A stretch of 64,000 nucleotides of DNA from Lophium mytilinum (Eukaryota), in NCBI GenBank assembly GCA_010093605.1, contig MU004193.1, forward strand, positions 1,061,520-1,125,519, read 5' to 3'. Shown here in pieces: positions 1 to 14,600 of this stretch (within the stretch, counting starts at the first letter, position 1; every line of letters begins with the position of its first letter). Made by a program: the position numbers and the translations under genes. Under the pieces are notes generated by a model. That model worked only from the letters and a program-made list of their open reading frames with translations. It had not been told where the DNA came from and searched no databases.

Positions 1-1
1 G

Positions 2-382
2 GCGTACGACCCTGTAAAGCGTGAGGGGCTGGGACCGCAACTCGAGCAGCTCGATCCCGACGTCGTACTCTGCTGGATGCTGCAGCAATCGTCTGTTGAT
101 AAGATCTTAAGCGTAGTCGCAAACCTTACCGGCAAAGGCGTCGGGACGACGCCGGTTTTTCTCGCCGACGGATGCATTGGGCTCGCGCTTCCGAGATGCC
201 AACCTCAGACCGGGGATGTCGTCGTTTTATTATACGGGGCATCCAAGCCAATGATTCTGAGGCAGCATCGAGGAGGACACATTCTGGTAGGAACGGCGGA
301 GATTGCCGGTGTTCCTAGCAATATCTGGCCGCTCAAGTCAACCGATGGACATGAAGGAGTACAGGAATTCACGCTGGTGTAG
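2..382 (+). CDS. 3' end of a gene truncated by the window start; C-terminal region typical of HET-6/ankyrin-HET-like proteins
   Basis: Frame open from base 2 to TAG at 380-382; motif GLA...QTGDVVVLLYGASKPMILR...HILVGTAEIAGV resembles the GD.V..L.G...P.ILR...LVG...V.G tail of fungal HET-domain proteins. Confidence 0.6.
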   Translation, partial: AYDPVKREGLGPQLEQLDPDVVLCWMLQQSSVDKILSVVANLTGKGVGTTPVFLADGCIGLALPRCQPQTGDVVVLLYGASKPMILRQHRGGHILVGTAEIAGVPSNIWPLKSTDGHEGVQEFTLV

Positions 383-845
383 CATGCGAGATAGTCCTAG
401 TGTCTGCGATTCTTCATGCAATGATGACAGGTCGAGCCTAATTAGATATTGATAGGTAGCAGTTCAGTAAAGTCTACACAGAAACCATACTTCAGGCCCT
501 TAGGGAAGCTGCTGGACCGGGAATGATATGAATGGACAGACAATCCATTGTTACTGCCCCGGCGGAGGAAGCCAATAAGATCGGACGGTATTAGAGGGTG
601 TATGTATACCAAGAAAGAGGTATTTAGACGGCTGAAAAGCGGGCTTGTATCGAAACTAGTAGCTCCGCATATAAAGAGATGAAGGAGAAGAAAGAAAGTC
701 GCAAGTAATGTCCTGGTGGCAACCTCCGCGGATTCGATGCATTATGCACGTATCTCGATCCATCCCGAACCAAATACCGCAGGATCTTGAAGCCAGGAAG
801 GCACTATGGTGGCCGGAGGTGGTGGGTCAGTAGCGGGCAAGCGCT

Positions 846-3008
846 TTAAACAAGTGTAATAGTGATTTGCTCCGCTACTTCGTGCGCTTGGACGAAACCT
901 TCCACGTCGTCGCCCCTTGCGATGAAATGTCCTAGCCTCTCGTAAGCATTCCCGTCTTTAGGACGCGGTACCAGTAAAAGACCCTCTGCACAATCCATGT
1001 CCCTGAGATGATTGTCGTGAAAAGGGCCTTCGTGAAAAGGGCCTTCGTGAAAACATCGTTGTATAATGGTCAAATAGATATGACGAGGCTGATCGTCGGT
1101 GTCTTCTGGATGGTCCATTGAAACCCTCGTGAAAGGTGCATAGGCGAATGTTATGTTATGCTGGGTGTTTGCAAAGGTCAGATCTCCTATGAAATTGTGC
1201 CCGTTGAAGGACTTCTGTTTGATGATAGCTGGAATGAGTTTGCATCGTATCTGCATTGAAGCATGTACGAGCTCACCAGAGCGCTTAGCCTTGACGTCTA
1301 GATCGACAAGATCCACCCAGATCGGCTTATTCTCGCAGCGTCTATGGTGGTGACTCATGGTGCTGGGCCATACCGTGCCGTTCGTGCTGGCCCAGCTCCA
1401 CGTGGGTGCTCTCCATTTCAACGGCCGTGCTAGAGCTGTACCGCTCCAAGATTCCATGGACCAACACAATTCTTCAATTATTCGGTTACGCCAAAGTCCA
1501 GCGACCAAGTTATCGTCTAAGGCTTCGGTTACATCTTGTGCTATACCTCGAATCGCAACTAGTTTATCCTCCTCTTTCGTCATCTCACATTCGGTGTATG
1601 AGATTCTGAAAACAGCCCACAGATAGTATATCTCATGGGCTGATATGGGGTCTGCATTCAGATCATGATCAGAAGATTTCACGGAATCAAGGCTCTCCAA
1701 AGCCTGAGTGGAAGACTGGCGAGCTTTCTTATGATTGAAAATCCCGAGACGTCGAGCCAGAGAGCTGGCATCGTCGGACCAAGTGAGCATCGCCCATTTT
1801 GGTAGACCACCAGGATATACTTCGCTGGCTTTGCAATGCTGGCATTCCCAAAACACTTGTCGAGCACCAAAGTGGAGAATTCTTGGGGACAGGTACCGCT
1901 CCTGACTGACCCATGCTCTCTTGTTCAAAGGGGCTTTTTCGACGTTGTCGAACCAGACGTCTTGGTTATCACAATAGTAGGATCCGGCGGATGGAAATTT
2001 TGAGTTTTCGGAGTTTGGACTCGGGGCCCAGGACCCTTGTATGCGGCGAGGGAGAAAGACCGCAGGGTCTCGATTGAAGAATAGTCCGCCGTCACTATTT
2101 GTAGCAGCTGTCGCCCCGATGTTGCATGCGGCGCGACTGTACACGTTCCTCATGTCCCCTGACTCGGCCGACCAATCGTCTATGTCATCCTGAAATATGC
2201 ACCTGTGGAAACTTCAGCAGAGGGCCCTACCCTTTTAACGCCGGTCACTTACAACGAGTCAATCCAAAGATATCTAACTTGGAAATGTTGGGCGACAGTA
2301 ACAGCATCTTGGAAGGTCTTAGGCAATTTGTGGACGGGCAAGCCGGCTTTCAATGTTGACACTGTGTCTTTTTTAAGAGCGAAAGGGTGTGATTGTCCCC
2401 AACAGTGGCTGAGAGTAAAGTATGGCCCCTGGTCACTGAAGTTTTTAGTCTCACGTAGATGAATTGGATCACCTCTATTCTCCCCTACTTCTATGACTCT
2501 TGATGGATACCATGCCGAAGAAGAGGGGCGTGGACTGCATTGATTGTGGTGTTTAAGACACTCTCGATATTTCGTCGCTAAAAAGCCAAGAGCTGAACCC
2601 GAACCCGTATTTTGCGATAGAAATTGTGGACATGTGCCATTACTCATAGCTTTGTGCTAGATTAGCATTAAAGGGATAAGGGATACGATGATGGTAGTAC
2701 CTACTGTCCCACGGAAAAATGCGCACCTGGGCTCTGCAAGGCCTCCGCGACCCACAAAAGAAATTTATTTCCCATTCATTAAGGTTGGCACTACCTCTGG
2801 GCCCTCTAGAGAAGTAGCATAGTGTTTCGGAAGGTGTGAACTTTTGCAAACTCTTGTCTTCCTGCCATAAAAGCGTACAGAGAGCGCAGGGCAATCGTAG
2901 TGCTTCCTCGTGTGACTTAGCGTCAGGGTGGTGTACGAGTGTGGTGTGCAGCTGATTCTCCGCACGTAAGAGTTTTTGGCATGGCTCGCAGTATTTCTCG
3001 TCGAACAT
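846..3008 (-). CDS. Heterokaryon incompatibility (HET domain, TOL-like) protein, 3 exons
   Basis: Motifs YFTLSHCWG, YLWIDSLCIFQD (joined across an intron), MRNVYSRA, PLNKRAWVSQER, LVAGLW, APTWSWAS; predicted introns 2650-2704 (GTAGGT..AAG) and ~2203-2252 (GTAAGT..CAG) join the three ORFs in frame. Confidence 0.92.
1015..1053. repeat. 15-bp tandem duplication inside the HET gene (encodes FHEGP-FHEGP-FHD)
   Basis: tcgtgaaaagggcct x2 followed by tcgtgaaaa. Confidence 0.9.
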
Positions 3009-4076
3009 GCTGCTGAAGCATTAGGGTGATGTAGCTCTCGCTTGATTTCTTTTCGTTCTCACCTTGTATGAGTGCGGTTGTCTGGAGCGTGAAAGTGAGG
3101 CGAATAGTGCGGGGCACTTGTCGCCGGTCGAACTGTCAGTGAAGAATCTATAGAGATAGAGGTTTCGATCTGGCAAACGGCGGTCGAATATATCATCCCA
3201 GGGGGGATAGGATTTGTTGGAACCGGGGTAGTCTTTCACCGTTCAGCCTGCCTGGAGATGCTGATGCTGTTGCCTACGCCAAGGCTCCTGAAGCGGCTGA
3301 AGATAGGAGACGTAGCATGGAAGTGTGGCTGTTTGGACTTAAAATCGGGAGACAGCGAAGGATAGCTGGATGATCAATCGGTGTATTTGTTGTTCAGGTA
3401 GAGTCAAGACGACGTTTCATACCCAGCCACGTCACTTACGAGCACAGTAGGTAGATGACAGCATGAATCCAGGTAATCAAACGTATGGAACGAGGGGCCG
3501 AGTTCGGCTGTGAAGTATCTATCTCATTTATTTGCTGTGCTACAGGCAAAAGAGTGAAACAATACTCGACGGCGGAGATGGCGTCACATGTTCTCCGCGC
3601 TCGCTCGACCCCAGCGCCTGGACAACGCAGCTGCAGGGCTGGACGCCACCGCCCGAACGAGAAGGCTGGGCGATCAACAAACACCGCCGCGAGCGAGCCC
3701 CTCGACTACTACACCACCAACGGCCCCGGACCCCAGGACTAACCACACAGCACCAGGAGGCGGATATTCACGAAATACTGCGACGAGGAAGAGCCGCCCG
3801 GCGTAAGGACACCGACAACACCATACACCGCCACATACCAACCACCCCGGATCTGAAACCTGGACTCCACGACCGCAGGAAACAACGACCACGACGCTCC
3901 CGCACACTCGACGACACCGAAAACAACCGGACTGCCATATTATAGGAACAACTACCCACTGGAATATATATTGCGACCAGCGCCGCCGTCACGACAGCTA
4001 CGAGACGCTGAACAGCCCCTCCTGAACCCCCCGGATCCTCTCACCGCAAGAGATCACCGCTGGCGCCCCTCTCGCC

Positions 4077-5974
4077 ATGCCGTCTGTCGGCGAGCCGCCC
4101 TCGTCGCCGCCGCCCGGTGGTTGGAATAGCGTGGACGAGGAATTAAGATACTACAAAGCGCAATACGAGACACTAGAGTCAGAGCTACAGGAGTTCCAGA
4201 ACTCGAGCAAGGAGTTGGAGGCGGAGCTCGAACGGGATATTGAAGAGAGCGAGAAGCGGGAGCGGCACCTGCAAGAGAAGGTCGAGAGCTTGGGATTCGA
4301 GGTCAACGAGTGGCAGGTATGTTGTTCTCTCATCTTAGACCTCCTGGTACCATCAAGGCCCTGTGCAGGTGTCATTCCGGGCGGCATTTCGTTGACAGCT
4401 ACTGACATTGTGGTTTGCAGACTAAATACAAGCAAAGCAAGACAGAAGCGAACAATGCGCAGAATACACTACAGAAAGAGATAACCACACTCCGCGAGTC
4501 GCAGCGCGCGCTACAGCTAAGACTTCGCGATATCGAGGTAGCAAACGACGACTTTGAGCGCCAAGCTCGCAACACAACCTCGTCGCTCGAGGACCTGGAG
4601 TCGAAGTACAATGTCGCGATCGAGCGGGCCGTGATGTTAGATGAAGAAATGAGGATAGGGGACCAAGAGCGAGAAGGCCTCCGGATAGAGAACCAACGAA
4701 TACGGGACGAGCTCTCAGACCTCAGGATAGAAGCGGAGATTGTACAGGAGAAACTGCGTCTGGCTGAGCAAACAATCGAGTCTCACCACGAGCGCAAGAC
4801 CTCTCATCACTTGCTCTCCACTGACAAGTTAAGGCCGCGGTCACCCGTCTCAGAGACGTCTACCTCGGCGACTACACTATCATCACCAACAGCGTCTACT
4901 CCGCCACCAAAGTCAGATACTTCAGTAGCAGAGTCCACGCCGCCATCTCCGCCAATATCCGAGGCCTCCGTCAAATCGAAGAAGATTCCTGCGACACCGC
5001 TACCAACTCGCAAGCGGTCGCTGGCACCTCTGGACTCAGCAACAACACCACGTCCAGGCTTCTACTCGTCACGGCCGCCTCGACATTCCCGGGGCCCCAG
5101 CATACCCGTCTCAGCAACGCCCTCAAACGGCCGCTCAACCCCATCAATCCGGCGTACCGGCGCTCCACCCTCGAATCCCCCGAGGCCGAGCGTGGGTACA
5201 AATGGCGGCGGCCTCCCCCGATCTGGTTCTCTGTATCAGATTCGCGGGCTAATAGGCAAGATGCAGAAGCTCGAAGAACGCGTGCACTCCGCGCGCTCCA
5301 AGCTCCCAGCACCCACCCACTCACCCCCACGGGCTAGTCCCAGAAACGCGAGCCCGCGAACAAACAGCTCTCTGGGCCAAAACATCCCCTCCACCGTCAC
5401 CGTCCGCAGCAGCCGCAAACGCCCCTCCCAAGCTTCCGCCGCCTCCTCCATCGCAGACGGCGCCGGCAGCATCAGCAGACTCTCCTTCGGCATCGCAACC
5501 CGCGAAGCCACCGGCGGCAGCAGCCGGCCCTCCAGCCGCGCCTCCGTCACGGGGGGCATGCCACAACGCCCCTCCTCACGCAGCAGCATGTCGGGCGCCC
5601 GCACGCCCCTCGGCCACTACCCCTCCTCCTCCATCTCGGGCGTCGCGCCGCGCCCGCGCTCCTCGATGAGCGGCACCTACTCGCACTCGCACGGGCACTC
5701 GCAGTCCCTCTCCATGGCGTCGTCGATGATGCGGGAGAGCAGCGCCGAGGACGCGGCGGGGAGCGATGGCAGCGCGGGGCTTAGGACGCCGATGGCAAGG
5801 AGGACGAGCACGGCGGGCGCGGGCAGCGCGATTCCGACGCCGAGTGGCTTGCCGAGGAGGCAGAGTGCGGGGCGGAGGATTAGTGCGGGTGGGGAGGGGG
5901 ACATGGGGCCGCCGGAGAGGCCCGGGGGTGGGGGGAGGGCGAGGAAGTTGAGTGATTTGGGGGAGACGTATTAG
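4077..5974 (+). CDS. nudE: NudE/RO11-like dynein regulator (nuclear distribution protein), 2 exons
   Basis: [52 protein letters not shown] coiled coil, [30 protein letters not shown]; intron 4317-4420 (GTATGT..CAG). Confidence 0.95.
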
Positions 5975-8645
5975 GGGGTGGAGAGGAGAGGAGCGGGATG
6001 GGATGAGAGCTCGGCGGGAAAACGGGAGACCGACCGGCCTTTGAGAGACAAGGCGGGGGTTGGGCGGGATTGCTCACGCTACGCTAGTTTCGCAGCGAAT
6101 GAGTCGAAGGAGGGACGGGAACCACTTTGCTACTATTTTTCTTCCATTTGTAAATCGGGTCGGGACTGGGGTGGAATTGGGCGGGCTCGCGTATACCTTT
6201 CATGCATTTTCGGGAGTTGCGCGTGAGCAGTTGGTGGGGCGGGATTGAGGGTTGGGGTTGGAATGTGCATATGAGATGAGCTTTTGGGAGAGAGGAAGGG
6301 TGATGGAGATAGTCGGTAGTAGCAATCTATGGATGTTACGTTTGATTCTGTGCGGTGTTGGGGTGCGGTGGGAGGCTTAGGGGTGAGGCGCGAAGGGCTG
6401 AGTTTGCGAGTTATAGCGGGCCAAACATACCGAAGGGTATGGGTGCTTGTGAGTCGGCTGCGACGGCGGGAATGCGGTTAGAGGGTGTGATTATCTGAGG
6501 GTTAGGTCTGGAAAGGCCCTCGATTGGCAGATCTGTGCTCTGCAGGAGTGGCGTGATTCTGGTCGGGCTAGGTACGCGTGGTGGGATCAGATCTACGGTG
6601 TAGGTGGTAGAATGGGCGGGATGGCAACTCTGATTTGACTTCATGCCATTATGAGGTTTTGTGTCAAGAGGTTTCAAAGGCTTTTTGGGAGTTGTTTCGT
6701 GTTCTATATAGGTTTATGAAGTACATAGGTGTCGTTTTCTGCTTTCGGAAACTGGGTTTCTAGGAAGATTGGGGAGATTGGAGGGATGGCACTGGATGAT
6801 GCAGCGTGCACGGACCCATGGTGTTGAGTTTCGCGCAGACTATCTGTGGATCTATGGTTTTGCTACGTATGCTACCTTTGTGCCACTATTGCACCTGCCA
6901 AGTACGGTTGATGCCTTCTAAAATCTTCTATAGTTCTACCATATAGAACTCACGCATCATGTGACCGTCAGGCCCTCCACTATCTCGCCGCTATTGAGGC
7001 TGAGAGTTTAGTGGTGAGATACTGTCAGATGCAGCTTATTCCAGGCGCATCGAAGAGAGACGAGAGTCTACTAGGAGCCCATTTTGAGTTACTCTGAGCC
7101 GTCTCAAGCTTACCTGCCTCTACAAGATACCGCTGAATCGCGGACCAGCCATGCACCCACTCTTGAAGCTATTGATGACATCGGCGTCCCGCTCGGCATC
7201 ATCAAGCTGTACGAGGACGGGAGAGCTACCCGGGACCAGGCTGGCAGGGCTATTTCAGGACCTGACTTGCATCGCTTGCATCGTGGCGCTGGCTTATTAC
7301 CTCTTCCTACACGCATCCGTGATTGGCCGGGGCACAGGCACAACCGTGGGGATGGGGACGGAGTCCGAAGGGGATGGAAGTGGAGACCCGAGTGCTGCAA
7401 TCTTGCCATCTGAGGCTTGCGCGGGCCTCCTCGCTCGAAGAAAAGGGATGCGCTTGGCGGCGAGGTGGGTTGGCAGTTCCCGGTCGGGTTCCTGAGGAGT
7501 GAGCCCGGAGTGGTGCGGTGCTGGACGGCCTGCCGGTTCGTGATGCGATCTGCTTCGATGCTGGGATGAGGATGCGACGGCGCTAGTGGCGGGTTGCTGC
7601 AGCCACGCTTTTGTTGGATAGCGACGTGCAGCAGAGATCGGAGGACTTCCTCAGGGCCGTGGCAGCTGCAGAACGGAGGAAAGATTGGAGTCTTGTCTGC
7701 GGACGGATGGGACGGCCTTATTCATCTTCTCCTCTGGCATTGGGACGCAGGCATCAGTGGCGCTGTTGGCCGGCGGGATGGCTTCCCCAACGTCAGGGAG
7801 AGGCTGGCGCAGGGGTCTTCTCCGCAATCATCACCGCGCCGGCTCAACAACTTTTTTGGTGTTCCACTCTGGACAGTGCCAGCAATGGCGCCAGGAGCTG
7901 CGTCGATGGCTGGCGATATGTATGCTGGATGGATGCTGGATGCGGCTCTCCCGCCGGCGACGTCGCACTCGTCGTCGGGATCAGTCTTCGGCCACGTCGG
8001 CAGCCGATTCGAGGTGTGGCTGCGAGGTGCGGTCCTGGTGCACGGAGGTTTCGGTGAAGCATTGAGGGCAGGCCAGCGCGCCTTACCGCAGTCGGCAGCG
8101 TTGGCGATGCTCGCAGCCGGCTTCAGCTCAACAGCTCGGGAGAGCTTGGGGGTCGCCGTAATTAGCGCGCATTGGCAAGGCGCTGTGCCAGGAGCCCAAG
8201 GTGCCCGAGAGAATCTGCGATTGAATAAATACACAAGCCAGCAGCCCGCCGCCCGAGATAGTCCAGTCTATCTGACATTCCTCGCTGCCGCTCACACTTT
8301 TCCCACCGCGTCCCTGTCATCCTCCCCTCCCCCTCTTCTCCCCTTCGACGTGTCTTCTTGCTACACTATTAGATTTTATTACGACGCCCGGGCGCCCTCC
8401 TAGTTGCTTCTGCCCCCCGAAGTGACCGCGACGACTATAGACTTCTTCTCCCCCTAATAATTGTTTCACGCGAGCTCCCGCGTAGACCCCCGAGCCAGAT
8501 CTACAATCCCGATTCGCCTGTCGTCACTCTGGCGCCGCGCTCCCTCTAAACGGCAGTAGCTTACAGCGCCCCCTCTTCCTCCTTCGCAACGTACAAACCT
8601 CTTCACTGATTGAAAACTCGGTGGATGGGGCTCACTACAAACACA

Positions 8646-11600
8646 ATGGCCGGCGCTGCTTCCAATGGCGTCAACGGGGGCCATGCCAATGGCACCCCCT
8701 CCTCTGCTGCTGCAAAATACGACCTACCATCCCACTTCATTGGCGGCACACATCTCGCGGCTGCTTCGCCAGGAAAGGTGAAGGACTTTGTGGCTGCTCA
8801 TGGCGGCCACACGGTCATCACGAATGTGAGCTACTCTTCCCCCGACCAGGAATGAACTGAAGTCCCAGAGGATTTTGACGCACAGAGGAGATGCAGAATT
8901 TAGATCGAGCGAAGCTGACCCGTACAATAGGTTCTCATTGCAAACAACGGAATTGCGGCCGTCAAGGAGATCCGCTCGGTACGGAAATGGGCATACGAAA
9001 CATTCGGCGATGAACGGGCGATCCAGTTCACCGTCATGGCTACACCCGAGGACTTGCAAGCTAACGCGGAGTACATCCGTATGGCGGACAAGTATGTTGA
9101 GGTGCCGGGAGGCACCAACAACAACAACTACGCGAACGTCGAACTGATCGTCGATGTTGCGGAGCGAATGGACGTACAGGCTGTGTGGGCAGGATGGTGA
9201 GTTGGGCTCCAAGCTGCGGAAGAATTGGACTTAGGATACTAACGCGTATCAGGGGACATGCCTCAGAAAACCCAAAACTGCCTGAATCACTCGCCGCCTC
9301 CCCCAAGAAGATCGTTTTCATCGGCCCACCTGGTTCCGCTATGCGGTCACTCGGTGACAAAATCTCCTCCACAATCGTCGCACAACATGCAAAGGTGCCC
9401 TGTATCCCGTGGTCAGGAGAGGGTGTGGACGAGGTCGAGGTCGACAAGTACGGGATCGTAACTGTCCCGGACCATGTATACGCAAAGGGCTGCACAACCT
9501 CGCCAGAAGAAGGTCTGGCGATGGCGAGGAAGATCGGCTTCCCAGTCATGGTCAAGGCTTCAGAAGGAGGTGGAGGCAAAGGTATCCGAAAGGTCGACTC
9601 GGAGGAAGGCTTCGAGCAGCTCTACCGTGCTGCTGCTAGCGAAATCCCTGGCTCGCCCATCTTCATCATGAAGCTTGCGGGCAGCGCTCGACATTTGGAA
9701 GTCCAGCTTTTGGCTGATCAGTACGGCAACAACATCTCCTTATTCGGCAGAGACTGTTCCGTACAGCGACGTCACCAGAAAATTATCGAAGAGGCGCCAG
9801 TCACAGTTGCAAAACCGAAAACTTTCCACGAGATGGAGAAAGCCGCAGTTGCTCTGGGAAAACTGGTCGGATACGTCTCTGCTGGTACCGTTGAATACCT
9901 CTACTCCCACGCAGACGACAAATTCTACTTCCTGGAACTCAATCCACGTCTCCAGGTCGAGCATCCGACCACGGAAATGGTCAGCGGAGTGAACTTACCC
10001 GCTGCCCAGCTGCAGATTGCCATGGGTCTCCCTCTACATCGCATTCGTGACATTCGACTTCTCTATGGCGCCGATCCCCATTCGGCCACCGAAATTGACT
10101 TCGATTTCACCAAGGAGGGCAGTGCGCAGAACCAGCGACGACCGACCCCCAAGGGACACACCACTGCCTGCCGTATCACATCCGAGGATCCGGACGAGGG
10201 TTTCAAGCCATCAAGCGGTACCATGCACGATCTGAACTTCCGAAGTAGCTCAAATGTCTGGGGTTACTTCTCCGTCGGTACTGCTGGTGGTATTCACAGC
10301 TTCTCAGACAGTCAGTTTGGCCACATTTTCGCCTATGGCGAGAATCGACAAGCGTCGCGGAAACATATGGTTGTTGCACTGAAGGAACTTAGCATTCGTG
10401 GTGATTTCCGAACTACCGTGGAATACCTCATCAAACTTCTGGAAACCCCGGCTTTCGAGGACAACACCATCACAACTGGGTGGCTCGACGAGCTCATCTC
10501 CAAGAAGCTTACTGCTGAGCGTCCTGATCCTACGATTGCTGTAATTTGCGGTGCTGTCACCAAGGCCCATGTGGCTAGCGATGCATGCATGACGGAGTAC
10601 CGGACAAGTCTGGAGAAGGGTCAGGTTCCCGCGAAAGATGTCCTGAAGACCGTCTTCCCTATCGACTTCATCTACGAAGGCCAGCGATACAAGTTCACTG
10701 CTACGCGATCCAGCATCGACAGCTATACTCTCTTCATCAACGGATCAAAGTGCGCAGTAGGCATTAGGGCCTTGACCGATGGTGGACTTCTGGTGCTGCT
10801 TAACGGCAAGTCACACAACGTCTACTGGAAAGAAGAGGTTGGAGCCACTCGCGTCAGTGTAGACGGCAAGACTGCTCTTCTCGAGCAGGAGAACGACCCC
10901 ACCCAGCTTCGGACGCCCAGCCCTGGTAAGCTGGTCAAGTTTACCGTGGAGAACGGCGCGCACATCAAGAAGAACCAAGCTTATGCGGAGGTGGAGGTCA
11001 TGAAAATGTACATGCCTTTGATCGCTGCTGAAGATGGTGTGGTCAATCTCATCAAGCAACCGGGAGCGGTTCTCGAAGCTGGTGACATTATAGGTATATT
11101 GGCTCTGGACGACCCCAGCAAAGTCAAGTCCGCGCAACCGTTCTTAGGACTACTACCGGATTTCGGCCCACCGCAGGTTATGGGTAACAAGCCACCTCAG
11201 CGGTTCACGTACCTCAATGGCGTACTCCAAAATATTCTGCAAGGATTCGACAACCAGGTCATCATGCAGAGTACTCTCAAGGAGCTTCTCGAGGTTCTTC
11301 GCGACCCGGAACTTCCTTACGGCGAGTGGAACGCTCAAGCATCTGCTCTCCACGCACGCATGCCGCAAAAGCTTGACACCACCCTTTCGCAAATCGTGGA
11401 CAAGGCACATAGCCGGAAGTTGGAATTCCCCGTCAAACAACTCACCAAGGCTTTCCAAAAATTCTTGGAAGACAATGTTACGCCCAACGACGCAGACCTC
11501 CTTAAAGCCTCTCTGACACCTCTTACCGACGTCATCGCCCGCTACACCGACGGTTTGAAGGTCCATGAGTATGCGATCATGACCCACCTGATCGACATGT

Positions 11601-14600
11601 ACACCGACGTGGAGAGCCTCTTCTCTTCCCGTACCTCAAGAGACGAGGAGGTCGTTCTCAAGCTCAGAGATGAGAACAAGGACAACATCATCAACGTCGT
11701 CCATACTGTCCTCTCGCATACCAGGGTCAGCGCCAAGAACAATCTCATCCTTGCCATTCTGGAGCTGTACAGGCCGAACAAGCCTGGTGTTGGCAACGTC
11801 GCGAAGTATTTCAAGGGCTCTCTGAAGAAGCTTACAGAGCTCGAGTCTCGCCAGACTGCCAAGGTCTCGCTGAAGGCTCGAGAAGTCCTAATTCAATGTG
11901 CCATGCCGTCTCTCGAAGAGCGTACTTCGCAGATGGAACACATCTTGCGGTCATCCGTCATCGAATCCAGATACGGAGAGAGTGGTTGGGACCACAGAGA
12001 ACCAGACTTTGATGTCATCAAGGAGGTCGTGGACTCCAAGTACACCGTCTTCGATGTGCTGCCGCAGTTCTTCGCTCACGCCGACCCGTGGGTTGCCCTT
12101 GCTGCGCTGGAGGTCTATACCCGCCGCGCCTACCGTGCGTATCAACTAAAGGAGATCAACTACCATACTGAAAACGAGACACCATTTATTCTCTCTTGGG
12201 ATTTCTCGCTTCGCAAGGTAGGCGAGTCAGAATTTGGCCTCCCTGTTGAGTCATCTCATCCTTCGACACCGGGTACACCAGGCAGCTCAACAGGGTTCCC
12301 GAATCGCATCCACTCCATCAGCGATATGACTTACCTGCAGTCGCGTATGGATACAGAGCCCACGCGCAAGGGTGCAGTCGTACCAATTGAGTTCCTTGAT
12401 GATGCCGAGGAATACCTCACCAAGGCTCTTGAGGTTTTCCCTTCCACGGCTCCCCGTAAGAAGACATCGAATGCCGGCCTCATGGCCGACTTGTCCAAAG
12501 CACGCAAGCCCAGTGGCAATCCGGGAACCAAGATCGAAAGTGAAGATGAGTTGACTGGCGTTTGTAATATTGCCGTCCGCGACTCCGAGAGCTTGGATGA
12601 CACCGAGATTCTGGAGCGCCTCCTTCCAGTCGTCAAGGAATATGCAGAGGAGTTGTTCGCGAGGCGGATCCGACGTCTCACATTTATCTGTGGCCACAAG
12701 GATGGAACTTACCCAGGATACTTCACCTTCCGCGGGCCGAAGTACACCGAAGACGAAAGCATTCGTCACATTGAGCCTGCTCTCGCTTTCCAGCTTGAAC
12801 TTGGCCGTTTGAACAAGTTCCACATCAAACCGGTCTTCACCGAGAATCGGAATATTCATATCTACCATGCGACCGGTAAAGGCGCTGAGAGCGACAGGCG
12901 ATACTTCACCCGTGCTGTCGTCAGACCAGGCCGTCTTCGGGAGGATATTCCTACTGCAGAGTACATGATATCTGAAGCTGACAGGCTGATGACGGATATC
13001 CTGGACGCTATGGAGATCATCGGCGACAATCAGGCTGATATGAACCACATCTTTATCAACTTCTCGACTGTCTTCCCCCTCGAACCTTCAGAGGTTGAGG
13101 AGGCCATTGCAGGTTTCTTGGAACGATTTGGTCGTCGTCTTTGGAGGCTACGTGTCACTGGCGCTGAAATCCGCATCATTTGCACTGACCCGGCCACTGG
13201 TGTTCCCTATCCTCTCCGTGTTGTCATCACGAACACCTCCGGGTACATCATCAATGTTGAGATGTATGTGGAGCGCAAGTCCGAGAGGGGTGGTCAATGG
13301 CTCTTCCACAGCATTGGTGGAACCACAAAGATTGGCTCCATGCACTTGCGACCCGTGTCGACTCCCTACCCAACCAAGGGCGCTCTACAACCGAAGCGAT
13401 ACAAGGCTCACATCATGGGTACTCAATACGTCTACGACTTCCCCGAGCTTTTCCGACAGGCGGTGGAGAACAGCTGGACGAGCGCTGTTTCCAAGCACCC
13501 ATACCTCAAGGAGAAGCAACCCACGAAGGGCGATTGCATCGAGTACTACGAGCTTGTTCTTGACGACAACGATCAACTGGCAGAAGTCAACCGCGAACCT
13601 GGTGCCAATATCATTGGTATGGTCGGCTGGATCTTGACAGTGAAGACTCCAGAGTACCCCCGTGGTCGACGCTTTATCATCATCGCCAACGACATTACCT
13701 TCAAGATTGGTTCCTTCGGCCCACAGGAAGATAAGTTCTTCCACAAGTGCTCTGAGCTCGCCCGCAAACTAGGCATTCCCAGAATATATCTGTCTGCCAA
13801 CTCCGGTGCCCGCATCGGTCTTGCAGAAGAGCTGATTCCCCACTTTTCCGTCGCCTGGAAGGATCCCGCTAAGCCCGAGTCTGGCTTCGACTACCTGTAC
13901 CTTACCGAGGAGAAGCACAAGCGTTTCGTTGATGGCCAGAGAAAAGACGTGCTCACGGAGGCGATCAAGGTTGATGGCGAAGTTCGACACAAGATCACCA
14001 CTATCATTGGTCAAGAAGATGGCCTCGGTGTCGAGTCCCTACGTGGATCCGGTTTGATTGCCGGTGAAACCTCAAGGGCTTACGATGACATCTTCACCAT
14101 CACCTTGGTTACCTGTCGGTCTGTTGGTACGTATTTCACACCTCTTAATCTCAATATTTGCTAACCTATCCCTGCAGGTATCGGCGCTTACCTTGTCCGC
14201 CTTGGTCAACGTGCTATCCAGATCGAGGGTCAACCCATCATCCTGACTGGTGCTCCTGCGATCAACAAGTTGCTTGGCCGAGAAGTCTACACTTCTAACC
14301 TGCAGCTTGGTGGCACGCAGATCATGTACAAGAACGGTGTGTCGCACATGACTGCCAATGATGACTTCGAGGGTGTCTCGAAGATCGTTAAGTGGATTTC
14401 ATATGTGCCCGACAAGAAGGGCAACCCGGTCCCCATCTCGCCTACCACTGACGACTGGGACCGCGATGTCACTTTCTTTCCACCACTCAAGGCCCCATAT
14501 GACGTGAGGCATTTGATCGCCGGTAAGGACGATCCAGAGGGATTCCTATCTGGTCTCTTCGATCGCGACTCCTTTGAGGAGACTCTTGGTGGATGGGCTA

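Noticed and set aside
3021..3239. 72-aa ORF immediately upstream of the HET gene as a partner gene or extra exon
   Set aside because: GTG start with a stop just upstream, no convincing splice link and no recognised motif
7084..8403. Overlapping ORFs of 100-270 aa upstream of ACC1, including one with a hydrophobic stretch (7151-7495)
   Set aside because: No family motifs, several non-ATG starts and mutually overlapping frames; more likely GC-rich promoter or UTR sequence, though a small gene cannot be excluded
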